Below, piece by piece: positions 32,582 through 40,482 of a stretch of 59,247 bases of DNA. Location: positions 1 to 59,247 of the forward strand of contig CAYIPG010000002.1 of the NCBI GenBank assembly GCA_964365305.1, in the 5' to 3' direction. Within the stretch, counting starts at the first letter, position 1. The number at the start of each line of letters is the position of its first letter. A program made the position numbers and the translations under genes. The notes under the pieces are model-generated. The model had not been told where the DNA came from. It worked only from the letters and a program-made list of their open reading frames with translations, and ran no database searches. Origin of the DNA: an uncultured Candidatus Saccharibacteria bacterium. GTDB lineage: Bacteria > Patescibacteriota > Minisyncoccia > JACQLN01.

Positions 32582-34357
32582 ATGGCTAGAGAGAATATCT
32601 ATATTGACCTGAACGAAGATGTTCAGTCGGTCATAAGCAAAATTCAAGAAAGCGAATCGGAACAGGTGGATTTAATTATGCCCACCGGCGCTCGCGTGCT
32701 TCAGAATATTGTGGATACTCACTTGATTCGCGAAGCCGGGGCGAACGCCAATAAAGTTCTGACAGTGGTTACGAGCGACCTTATGGGCAAAATTTTTGCC
32801 CAGCGGGCCGGGCTTAGCGTGGCCAGCGAGAACGGCGCGAATGAAGAAAGTATTTTTGGAGCCGCAATTGTTGCGGGTGGTCGAATGAGCGATATTGTGC
32901 CACGGAAGAACACCCTTGCCTTAGCTTCAAAATCAACTGTAAAAAGCGGACTGTTCGCTCCGGTTAAGCCGTTGTCGTTCTCAAAAGTTAAATCAGCCGC
33001 CTTAAAATCAGTTGGTTCAAAAAAGAATATGCCTGCGGGCGAAGTTGCTAAAAACAAAGGTGAAATCGGAGCGGGATTTTTAAAATCATACCGAGAAGAA
33101 AGATCCAAAAATAGCGTTTTTGATGACTTAAGTAAAATCAACCGGAGAAAATCTTTTCTGCCGTTTAAAATAAGCGCTGCTGTCGTGGTGGCGGGTATTG
33201 TGGTTTTAACGGCGCTCGCGGGCGTAGTTGTTTTTTCTAAAGCGCTGCCTAAGGCCGAAATAATTATTTATCCGGCCAGAGAAAGCGTGGATGATAGCGT
33301 GGATGTTTTTATTTCCAGCCGTGATTCCCAAGCGGATTTAGCCAAAGGCATAATACCAGGGGAGTTGCTTACTTTGGAAAAAAGCGAAAATGGGGAATTT
33401 AGCGCCACCGGGCAAAAAGAGGTTTCGCAAAAAGCCAAAGGCAAGATAATTATCTATAATAGTTTTTCTTCACAGCCGCAAACATTCGTGGTTTCCAGAT
33501 TTCAAGCCGAAGGTGCCAATAGCGCCGCGGGCGGCCCCTCCACTGGAGTCGGGGCAGGCAAAATTTTTTGGACCACTAAAGGATTAACCGTTCCGGGCGC
33601 GATTATTAAAGATGGCAAGACCACGCCGGGCCAGATTACAACCGAAGTTATCGCGGCATCGCCGGGCGAGGCCTATAATATCGGCCCTTCCAAATTTATC
33701 ATGCCGGCTTTAAAAAATACGCCCAAGGCCGATAAAATATACGCCATGTCTGATTTGCCTATGGCGGGCGGACAGACAGGACAATCCACAGTGGTTTCCA
33801 ATGATGATGTTAATAAGGCCTATGATTCGCTTAAGGAAAAAATAAAGCCCCAGTTTCAAGGTCTAAAACAAAATTTGCCGGTTGGTTTTCAACTCTGGCC
33901 CGAGGCCTACAACGAAGAATTAGCCGAAAGTTCTAGCGCGCCCGAAGCGGGCGAGGCCGCCGATAAATTTAACGCCAACATAAAAATGGTGGCGCGGGCA
34001 ATTGTGTTTAGATCGCAGGATTTGGATAATTATATTAACCAGCAAATATCGGCTGGCCTGAAAGAAGGCAAAACCTTGCTAATGTCTTCCAAAGAAATTT
34101 CGTTTATAAAATCGCCGGTGGTGGATTACCAAAAAAACGCCATTACGGCTTCGCTGGCGGTACGTTATGATGTTATAGACAATTTTGACGCCGAAGATTT
34201 TAAGAAATCAATTCTCAAGAAAAAAATTTCGGATGTCAATAAAATAAAGTCCGGCTATAAAAATATTGAACGGGTAGAGGTTAAATTTTGGCCCTTTTGG
34301 GTGCGCCGCGTGCCGGCCAATTCCGATCGTGTGACTATAAAAATAGTGGGGATGTAA
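32582..34357 (+). CDS. large hypothetical membrane-anchored protein
   Basis: 591-aa ORF with one central TM segment. No recognised catalytic motif. Confidence 0.65.
   Translation: MARENIYIDLNEDVQSVISKIQESESEQVDLIMPTGARVLQNIVDTHLIREAGANANKVLTVVTSDLMGKIFAQRAGLSVASENGANEESIFGAAIVAGGRMSDIVPRKNTLALASKSTVKSGLFAPVKPLSFSKVKSAALKSVGSKKNMPAGEVAKNKGEIGAGFLKSYREERSKNSVFDDLSKINRRKSFLPFKISAAVVVAGIVVLTALAGVVVFSKALPKAEIIIYPARESVDDSVDVFISSRDSQADLAKGIIPGELLTLEKSENGEFSATGQKEVSQKAKGKIIIYNSFSSQPQTFVVSRFQAEGANSAAGGPSTGVGAGKIFWTTKGLTVPGAIIKDGKTTPGQITTEVIAASPGEAYNIGPSKFIMPALKNTPKADKIYAMSDLPMAGGQTGQSTVVSNDDVNKAYDSLKEKIKPQFQGLKQNLPVGFQLWPEAYNEELAESSSAPEAGEAADKFNANIKMVARAIVFRSQDLDNYINQQISAGLKEGKTLLMSSKEISFIKSPVVDYQKNAITASLAVRYDVIDNFDAEDFKKSILKKKISDVNKIKSGYKNIERVEVKFWPFWVRRVPANSDRVTIKIVGM
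33527..33558 (+). repeat. 32-nt GC-rich hairpin element, in frame within ORF 32582-34357
   Basis: GCGGGCGGCCCCTCCACTGGAGTCGGGGCAGG. Encodes AGGPSTGVGAG in the same element frame. Confidence 0.85.
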
Positions 34358-34360
34358 CAA

Positions 34361-34383
34361 TGTCCAACATCCAATGTTGGACA
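34361..34383. repeat. 23-bp perfect palindrome TGTCCAACAT-CCA-ATGTTGGACA
   Basis: 4 nt after stop 34357. Confidence 0.85.
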
Positions 34384-34389
34384 AGAGCC

Positions 34390-34424
34390 GCCCCGACGCA
34401 AGGTCGGGGCAGCTTTACTTTTTT
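34390..34424 (+). terminator. intrinsic terminator (GC hairpin related to the in-frame GC element)
   Basis: GCCCCGAC-GCAAG-GTCGGGGC followed by AGCTTTACTTTTTT. Confidence 0.65.
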
Positions 34425-34497
34425 ATCTCCGCTAGCTATCATCAAACCCAAGTTGTTAAATAAAACAGAAGCGTACCTTGAAATAAGGAGGTTGGAT

Positions 34498-35223
34498 ATG
34501 TCACTACCACTCTATCAGAAGCAGACCATGATCGCTTTGTTGCAAGCGCCGGGCGCAGTTGTCATTCGAGATGTTGATGGTGGCGAAGCGCCGTTCCTGT
34601 ATTCCTCGGGCAACTATGGTCCGGGATATGTGACCATCAAGGGTATGGTCGGTCAGAAGCGGATAATTGAGCCGCTGACATTTCAGTTGGCGGTTAAAGT
34701 CGCCGAAGAGTTTCCAGCCCTCGATTTTGTGGCCGGAAATGTGAGCGGCGGAGTTGTTCCGGGCTGGATTTTGAGCCAGGCGCTGGAATCGTTGCTCGGC
34801 AAAAAAGTGCCTTTCGTTTACATAAGGGATACCAGAAAGAAGGGAGGACATAAGGAACTCATCACCGGTATTGATAAGAATCCTCTCATCCCCGAAGGCA
34901 ATAACGGCTTGGTGGTTGAGGAACTGGTTAATTTTGCCGAAACCACCTGCAATGGAGCCGAGGCCTTGAGAAACGCCGGTTACGAGGTCACGCATGCGGC
35001 CTGCATTATGTTTTACGGCAATCCGGTATCATTGAAGTCGTTAAAGCAGGCCGAGCTAACCATGATTTATCACTTCACCTTGAGGCAGTTGCTTGATGTG
35101 GCTGAATCATGCGAAACTCACCCACCGAATCTCATCGCGCTCTACCGGGAGTTCCTCGGTGATCCTCTGGCCTGGCAGAAAAAGCGTGGTCTGGAACCGG
35201 TAAAAGAAGGAGGGACGAGGTGA
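34498..35223 (+). CDS. orotate phosphoribosyltransferase-like (type I PRTase) protein
   Basis: SD AAGGAGG 7 nt upstream of ATG 34498. PRPP-loop-like LVVEELVNFAETTCNG. The track start 34288 runs through two hairpins. Confidence 0.7.
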   Translation: MSLPLYQKQTMIALLQAPGAVVIRDVDGGEAPFLYSSGNYGPGYVTIKGMVGQKRIIEPLTFQLAVKVAEEFPALDFVAGNVSGGVVPGWILSQALESLLGKKVPFVYIRDTRKKGGHKELITGIDKNPLIPEGNNGLVVEELVNFAETTCNGAEALRNAGYEVTHAACIMFYGNPVSLKSLKQAELTMIYHFTLRQLLDVAESCETHPPNLIALYREFLGDPLAWQKKRGLEPVKEGGTR

Positions 35224-35915
35224 CGCCGGAGCCCGAACTCTTCATAGCTCTTGATGGCTTGAGAGAAGCGGAATCAGAAACAATTGGAGTCGCCAAATCT
35301 CTAGCCGAGGTGAACGGCAACTTTGGTTTCAAAATTAACCTTGACTACCTGCTCTACAGAGGGGTTGAGGGCGCCGTCAGAAACATTCAACAATTGGGTC
35401 GGCCGGTTTTTGCCGATATCAAAATGTGGAACGGCACCAGAACCATGATCTCGGTTGTTGAGGACATTGTTGGCCTGGGCGTGGATTATTTGAATGTCTA
35501 TGCCTTGGCCGACACACTCATTCCGAAAATGGTTAGGGTTACGCGGGGCACCAAGACAAAAGTTCTTGGTGTTACCGTGCTGACGCATTTTGATGATGCT
35601 TACTGCCAGAGACATTTTTTGAGGCCATTGGTTTCTACAGTTGAACATCTTGCCAGTGTTGCTGTTGAGGCCGGTTGTGATGGGATAATCCTTCCAGGAA
35701 CCACTCTTTCGGTGGTTGAACATTTAGATACCATTAAAGCTGTTCCGGGAATTCGATTTCCCTGGTATCAGGATGATAGGCATGAAGAGGAGGTGGATGC
35801 TCAAACCGCTGTTCAGCATGGAGCCAAAATCTTGGTCTGCGGCAGTCCCATTATGAAGTCAGACAACAAGGTCGCGGCTCTAAATAGAGTCCTGACCGAG
35901 ATGAACTCCTTGTGA
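35220..35915 (+). CDS. orotidine-5'-phosphate decarboxylase family protein (divergent)
   Basis: IALDG..., FKINLD, FADIKMWNGTRT (DxKxxN rather than DxKxxD). GTGA start/stop overlap with the upstream gene. Confidence 0.65.
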   Translation: MTPEPELFIALDGLREAESETIGVAKSLAEVNGNFGFKINLDYLLYRGVEGAVRNIQQLGRPVFADIKMWNGTRTMISVVEDIVGLGVDYLNVYALADTLIPKMVRVTRGTKTKVLGVTVLTHFDDAYCQRHFLRPLVSTVEHLASVAVEAGCDGIILPGTTLSVVEHLDTIKAVPGIRFPWYQDDRHEEEVDAQTAVQHGAKILVCGSPIMKSDNKVAALNRVLTEMNSL

Positions 35916-35923
35916 ATTTTTCA

Positions 35924-35958
35924 GCAGGCGTTGGGAAAAACCAACGCCTGCTTTTTTA
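35924..35958 (+). terminator. intrinsic terminator after the pyrF-like gene
   Basis: GCAGGCGTTGG-GAAAAA-CCAACGCCTGC followed by TTTTTT. Confidence 0.85.
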
Positions 35959-35979
35959 TTGATCTTAATCCATCATTGA

Positions 35980-36118
35980 CCCAGTGAGACAACTTTGACC
36001 ATTAAATCCAGTTGCGTTATTAAATTATTTCAACGCGTTATAATTATCTGAAAATGGAATATCTTATTATAAAATACATATTTAATGACAAAGCAACTGT
36101 CAAAGTTGCTCTACTGGG
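35980..36118. repeat. 139-bp element bounded by 20-bp imperfect inverted repeats (MITE-like)
   Basis: CCCAGTGAGACAACTTTGAC ... GTCAAAGTTGCTCTACTGGG (16/20 complementary). Abuts the infA promoter. Confidence 0.6.
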
Positions 36119-36147
36119 TTGACGCATTAAAGCGGCTTTGTTATACT
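36119..36147 (+). promoter_or_regulatory. candidate sigma-70 promoter TTGACG-17-TATACT (TGT extension) for the infA-rpmJ-rps operon
   Basis: Sequence match. Starts directly after the right inverted repeat of the 139-bp element. Confidence 0.55.
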
Positions 36148-36186
36148 CTTAACGCTGTTAAATTTATAGATCAAATAGATTAAAAA

Positions 36187-36399
36187 GTGAAAAAAGACGC
36201 AATCCGTAAGGAGGGGGTTGTAGTTGAAGCATTGCCTAGCGCCACTTTTAAGGTAAAGATGGCCGACGGCAGCGAAGTGTTAGCCCATCTTTCTGGGAAG
36301 ATGCGGCTAAATTTTATTCGCATTCTGCCCGGCGATAAAGTTACCATGGAGTTCTCTCCTTATGATGATAAAAAGGGCAGAATTGTGTATCGGGGTTAA
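36187..36399 (+). CDS. infA: translation initiation factor IF-1
   Basis: S1-like [36 protein letters not shown] start. Confidence 0.93.
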   Translation: MKKDAIRKEGVVVEALPSATFKVKMADGSEVLAHLSGKMRLNFIRILPGDKVTMEFSPYDDKKGRIVYRG

Positions 36400-36404
36400 A
36401 AAAA

Positions 36405-36518
36405 ATGAAGGTACGACCATCAGTAAAGAAAATTTGTAACAAGTGCAAAATAGTCCGCCGGAATGGGACGGTTTATGTTATTTGTGAAACCCCCAAGCAT
36501 AAACAGCGACAAGGTTAA
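36405..36518 (+). CDS. rpmJ: 50S ribosomal protein L36 (below the ORF-track cutoff)
   Basis: My translation: [37 protein letters not shown]. Confidence 0.9.
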   Translation: MKVRPSVKKICNKCKIVRRNGTVYVICETPKHKQRQG

Positions 36519-36596
36519 CTTTACGAAATACGAATGGTACGAATTTACGAATTCAATCCATTAGTATATTTGTAAAAATTCGTATTTAGTAAAGAT
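36519..36596 (+). repeat. TACGAAT-family variant junction element (rpmJ to rpsM)
   Basis: TTTACGAAATACGAATGGTACGAAT...AATTCGTA...GTAAAGAT-ATG. Shares its ends with 37430-37514. Confidence 0.85.
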
Positions 36597-36983
36597 ATGC
36601 GTATAGCCGGTATTAATATTCCAGACAATAAAAGAGTTGAGGTCGCGCTCACCTATATTTTTGGCGTGGGGCCGACTGCGTCTAAAAAGATATTAGGCGG
36701 CACTAAAATTAATCCCGATAAAAGAGCTAAAGATATCACACCCGAAGAAGCCAATAAAATTAAGGAATACATGGAAAAGAACTTTAAGATAGAAGGTGAA
36801 TTAAAGCGAGAAATTATCCAAAATATCAAGCGCAAAAAAGACATATCAAGTTATCAAGGCACGCGGCACATGCGGGGCTTGCCGGTGCGGGGCCAGCAAA
36901 CCAAAACGAATAATAGAACTAGAAGGGGTAATGCCAGAAAGACCATGGGTTCGGGCCGAAAACCAGCCGGCCAAAAAACATAA
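36597..36983 (+). CDS. rpsM: 30S ribosomal protein S13
   Basis: MRIAGINIPDNKRVEVALTYIFGVG. Confidence 0.95.
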   Translation: MRIAGINIPDNKRVEVALTYIFGVGPTASKKILGGTKINPDKRAKDITPEEANKIKEYMEKNFKIEGELKREIIQNIKRKKDISSYQGTRHMRGLPVRGQQTKTNNRTRRGNARKTMGSGRKPAGQKT

Positions 36984-36988
36984 AGCGT

Positions 36989-37429
36989 ATGGGAAAAAAG
37001 AGAATCGTATCAGAATCAGTAGTTCAGGAAAAAGCCGACAGCAATAAAAAAGCGGCGGCTGTTTCGGTTCGCCCGTCCAATAAAGTTGAAAGCGGCCGGG
37101 TTTATGTTCAGGCCAGTTACAATAATACTTTGGTGAGTTTAACCGACGAACGGGGCAATCTGATCGCGCAGGCCTCGGCGGGCGCTTTGGGTTTTAAGGG
37201 TCCCAAAAAAGCCACGCCTTACGCCGCCAACAGGATTATTGAATCGTTAGGCGAAAAAATTAAAAAAATTGGTTTAAGAGATGTGGTTGTTTATGTTAAA
37301 GGCATAGGTTCGGGTCGAGAATCAGCCGTTAGAGGTTTGGTGGGGCAAGGTCTTAATATAATCGCTATAAAAGATATTACCCCGACGCCGCATAACGGGC
37401 CCAAGCCGCCTAAACCCCGCCGGGTTTAA
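36989..37429 (+). CDS. rpsK: 30S ribosomal protein S11
   Basis: S11 core (YVQASYNNTLVSLTDERGN...GSGRESAVR) with an N-terminal extension. Confidence 0.93.
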   Translation: MGKKRIVSESVVQEKADSNKKAAAVSVRPSNKVESGRVYVQASYNNTLVSLTDERGNLIAQASAGALGFKGPKKATPYAANRIIESLGEKIKKIGLRDVVVYVKGIGSGRESAVRGLVGQGLNIIAIKDITPTPHNGPKPPKPRRV

Positions 37430-37514
37430 TTTTACGAAATACGAATGGTACGAATATACTAATAAATTCAAAACCCAATTCGTAAATTTGTAAAGATTAA
37501 TAATTCGTAAAGAT
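37430..37514 (+). repeat. TACGAAT-family variant junction element (rpsK to rpsD)
   Basis: TTTTACGAAATACGAATGGTACGAAT...AATTCGTAAAGAT-ATG. Confidence 0.85.
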
Positions 37515-38120
37515 ATGTATAAATTCACTTGTAAAAAATGCAGGCGTTTGGGTTATAAAGTTTGTGATTCAATTAAGTGCGCTATGGTCAAAAAACCCTA
37601 TCCGCCCGGCCAGCACGGCAAAAACAGTTCCAGTCGGCGTTCGGAATTTGGAACACAACTAGCCGAAAAACAAAAATTAAAAGCCATTTATGGTTTGCGA
37701 GAACGGCAATTCCGGCGCTATTTTGATTTTGCTTCCGAGAAAAAAGGCGTAACTGCGCAAATAATGATGGAACTTTTAGAACGGCGGTTAGATAATGTTG
37801 TTTTTCGTTTGGGTCTAGCCCCAACTCGGCACGCTGCTAGGCAGCTGGTGGCCCATGGGCACTTTGCCGTTAACAGCCGTAGAACTTATTCGCCGTCTTA
37901 TTCGGTTAAACCCGGCGACAATATAGCCATAAAGGACTCCAGCCAGCCCAAAAAGATTTTTGAAAATATTAGAACGATCTTAAAAAAATTTGAACCGCCC
38001 AGTTGGCTGGAACTGGATAAAGAAAAATTGGTCAGCAAAATGGCGCGGTTGCCCGACAAAGATTTTTTGAAGGAATTGCCGGTAGAGCTTTCCAAAGTGT
38101 TGGAATACTATTCAAGATAA
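37515..38120 (+). CDS. rpsD: 30S ribosomal protein S4
   Basis: N-terminal Cys cluster CKKCRRLG...C...C, S4 domain RLDNVVFRLGLA. Confidence 0.93.
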   Translation: MYKFTCKKCRRLGYKVCDSIKCAMVKKPYPPGQHGKNSSSRRSEFGTQLAEKQKLKAIYGLRERQFRRYFDFASEKKGVTAQIMMELLERRLDNVVFRLGLAPTRHAARQLVAHGHFAVNSRRTYSPSYSVKPGDNIAIKDSSQPKKIFENIRTILKKFEPPSWLELDKEKLVSKMARLPDKDFLKELPVELSKVLEYYSR

Positions 38121-38218
38121 AATTAATCAATGTGTTGGGATGGAATGGCGGGGATCATGTAAATATAAACGCGCTTTCATGGTTCACGCCAGATCAATCC
38201 ATAACATATTGTTAAATC

Positions 38219-38971
38219 ATGCAGAAATTTTCACTGCCGCAAAAACCCAAAATAGTTAAAAAAGAAGACGGTCTTGCTGTAATTGAAGTTGAGTCCTTGT
38301 ATCCGGGTTACGGCACTACTTTAGGCAACGCTCTTAGACGGGTGTTGTTGTCTTCTATTCCCGGAGCGGCCATAACCACCGTAAAGATAGCGGGGGTGGA
38401 TCATGAATTTTCCACTATGCCGGATGTGATGGAAGATGTAATTCATATTTTACTTAATTTGAAACAAGTCCGATTCAAACTTTTTAAGGATGAGCCGGTG
38501 ACTCTTAAACTTTCGGTTAAAGGCGAGAAAAAAATAACGGCGGCTGATTTTCAGGCATCTAACGATGTGGAGATAATCAATCCCGAGGCCCATATCGCCA
38601 CTTTAACCGAAAAAAAATCATCTTTAGAAATGGAAGTTGAAGTGTCGCCGGGAGTGGGTTATGAACCGGTGGAACGCCGTAAAAAAGAAAAACAGCCGGT
38701 GGGCAGTATTGCCATAGATGCTATCTACACACCCATAAGGCAGATAAAATTTAGCGTTGAAAATATGAGAGTAGGTGATCGGACCGATTTTGATAAACTG
38801 GTTTTTGAACTAAAAACAGATGGATCTATCCAGCCCGAAGCGGCTTTTAAAAGAGCGGTGGAAATTTTAGACGAACATATTACAATACTTTCAGAAATAG
38901 AAATTCCAGAAATTGAGGAAAAAGTAAAAACCAAAAGCAGAGCCAAAAAATCCAAAAAAGAAGATAAGTAA
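38219..38971 (+). CDS. rpoA: DNA-directed RNA polymerase alpha subunit, N-terminal domain only
   Basis: Alpha-NTD (GYGTTLGNALRRVLLSSIPGAAIT). Ends after about 225 aa with a Lys-rich tail; no alpha-CTD. Confidence 0.88.
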   Translation: MQKFSLPQKPKIVKKEDGLAVIEVESLYPGYGTTLGNALRRVLLSSIPGAAITTVKIAGVDHEFSTMPDVMEDVIHILLNLKQVRFKLFKDEPVTLKLSVKGEKKITAADFQASNDVEIINPEAHIATLTEKKSSLEMEVEVSPGVGYEPVERRKKEKQPVGSIAIDAIYTPIRQIKFSVENMRVGDRTDFDKLVFELKTDGSIQPEAAFKRAVEILDEHITILSEIEIPEIEEKVKTKSRAKKSKKEDK

Positions 38972-38985
38972 GAATAAATTAAGGC

Positions 38986-39336
38986 ATGAAGCATCAAAAT
39001 AAAAAAGGTAGAAGATTTGGGCGGGTAAAAAAAGTACGCCAGGCCTTATTCAAGAGTTTAATAGTGGCTTTAATTACGCATGGTAAAATAAAAACCACCG
39101 AGGCCAAAGGCAAGGAACTGGTTAAAAAAATTTCACCCTTAATTACCAAGGCCAAAAAAGGCGGACTAGCCAACACGCGGCTTTTGGCTAAGATTTTACC
39201 GCCAATGGCGCTGGGTAAAATAATTAAAGAAATTGGACCGAAATATCAGGATCGTTCGGGTGGTTATACGCGAGTAATCAAGATAAATCGCCGGCTTAGG
39301 GATGGAGCCAAGATGTGCTATGTTGAACTGGTTTGA
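38986..39336 (+). CDS. rplQ: 50S ribosomal protein L17
   Basis: RRFGRVKKVRQALFKSL...TTEAKGKEL pattern. Follows rpoA. Confidence 0.9.
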   Translation: MKHQNKKGRRFGRVKKVRQALFKSLIVALITHGKIKTTEAKGKELVKKISPLITKAKKGGLANTRLLAKILPPMALGKIIKEIGPKYQDRSGGYTRVIKINRRLRDGAKMCYVELV

Positions 39337-39381
39337 TGCGATGCCAATATACGAATTCATGCGAATGATGCGAATAGAAAT
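39337..39381 (+). repeat. TACGAAT-family junction cassette, 5' half only
   Basis: TGCGATGCCAATATACGAATTCATGCGAATGATGCGAAT between the rplQ stop and the rplM ATG. Confidence 0.8.
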
Positions 39382-39762
39382 ATGAATCAGAAAAATACAA
39401 ATATATATAAATTTGACGCTTCCAAGGAGATTTTAGGACGATTAGCTACAAAAGTAGCTATAATTTTGCGTGGTAAGGATTCAGCTAAATTTTCACCCAA
39501 TAATCCGGATTTATCGATAGAAGTTACGGTCTATAATACCGATAATATTAAAGTTACCGGAAATAAAATGGAGGACAAAATTTATTACCATCATTCGGGT
39601 TATCCAGGCGGAATTAAATCTAGGTCGCTTAAGGATTATATGGCGCGGGATTCGCGCGAGGTTTTTAGAAAAGCGGTGTATGGCATGCTGCCGAAAAATA
39701 AACTTAGAGACAAATGGATTAGATGTCTAATTTTAGTCAAAGGTAATTTAGCCGAAAAATAG
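39382..39762 (+). CDS. rplM: 50S ribosomal protein L13
   Basis: ILGRLATKVAIILRGK..., HHSGYPGG. Confidence 0.9.
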   Translation: MNQKNTNIYKFDASKEILGRLATKVAIILRGKDSAKFSPNNPDLSIEVTVYNTDNIKVTGNKMEDKIYYHHSGYPGGIKSRSLKDYMARDSREVFRKAVYGMLPKNKLRDKWIRCLILVKGNLAEK

Positions 39763-39774
39763 TTTTATCAAAAC

Positions 39775-40278
39775 ATGACAACCGCAGAACAAAAAATAAA
39801 TAATGAGGTCTCCGAGGCGGCGTTGGATTCGGCTGTGGCGGAACGACTAAGCAAAAAAGAACATAGTAAAAGATATTTTGAAGCCGTTGGCCGCAGAAAA
39901 AGAGCGGTGGCCCGGATTAGAATTTTTACGGTCAATCCCAAGGATTCAGCCGCCGAAGGTAATTTTACTGTTAATGAAAAAAAAATCAGCGACTATTTTT
40001 TTAATGAGCCTGGGCTTAAGGAAACAGTTTTTGAATCGTTAAGCAAACTTAAGGCCGCTGATCATTTTAGGGTTTCGGCTAAGGTTAATGGCGGGGGCAT
40101 AAACGCGCAAGCCGAGGCCATTCGGTTGGGTATTGCCCGAGCTTTAGTTAAATTCGATCTTAATTTCAGAAAAAAATTAAAGAAATCAGGTTTGCTTTCG
40201 CGCGATCCACGCGAAAAAGAACGCCGTAAATATGGTCTCAAAAAAGCGCGCCGCGCGCCGCAATTCTCCAAGCGCTAA
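39775..40278 (+). CDS. rpsI: 30S ribosomal protein S9
   Basis: GRRKRAVARI ... RDPREKERRKYGLKKARRAPQFSKR. Confidence 0.93.
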   Translation: MTTAEQKINNEVSEAALDSAVAERLSKKEHSKRYFEAVGRRKRAVARIRIFTVNPKDSAAEGNFTVNEKKISDYFFNEPGLKETVFESLSKLKAADHFRVSAKVNGGGINAQAEAIRLGIARALVKFDLNFRKKLKKSGLLSRDPREKERRKYGLKKARRAPQFSKR

Positions 40279-40482
40279 AACAAAATCAGAAATCAGCAAT
40301 AAAGGTATTGGCCTGGCCATAATTTTTGCCGGCTTGGTTTTGTTGATGGTGATTGGCCTGGCTATTCTTACCAACAGCCCAACCCCTTGGGGAAATTTTT
40401 TATGGGGCTTAAGCCGCAATAGAACACTGGCGCTGGCCATAGCCGCCGTATTAATCGGTTCGTTTATTGTGGATAACTGATT

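Noticed and set aside
38121-38218. Possible structured leader between rpsD and rpoA (AATGTGTT...TGGA pairing with TCCA...AACATATT)
   Set aside because: The pairing is short and imperfect with no second copy for comparison, so I cannot distinguish it from chance.
40232-40480. 82-aa ORF overlapping the 3' end of rpsI (two hydrophobic segments)
   Set aside because: Its only start codon lies 47 nt inside rpsI in another frame, with no SD. It could be a real small membrane protein, but I cannot support it from sequence alone.
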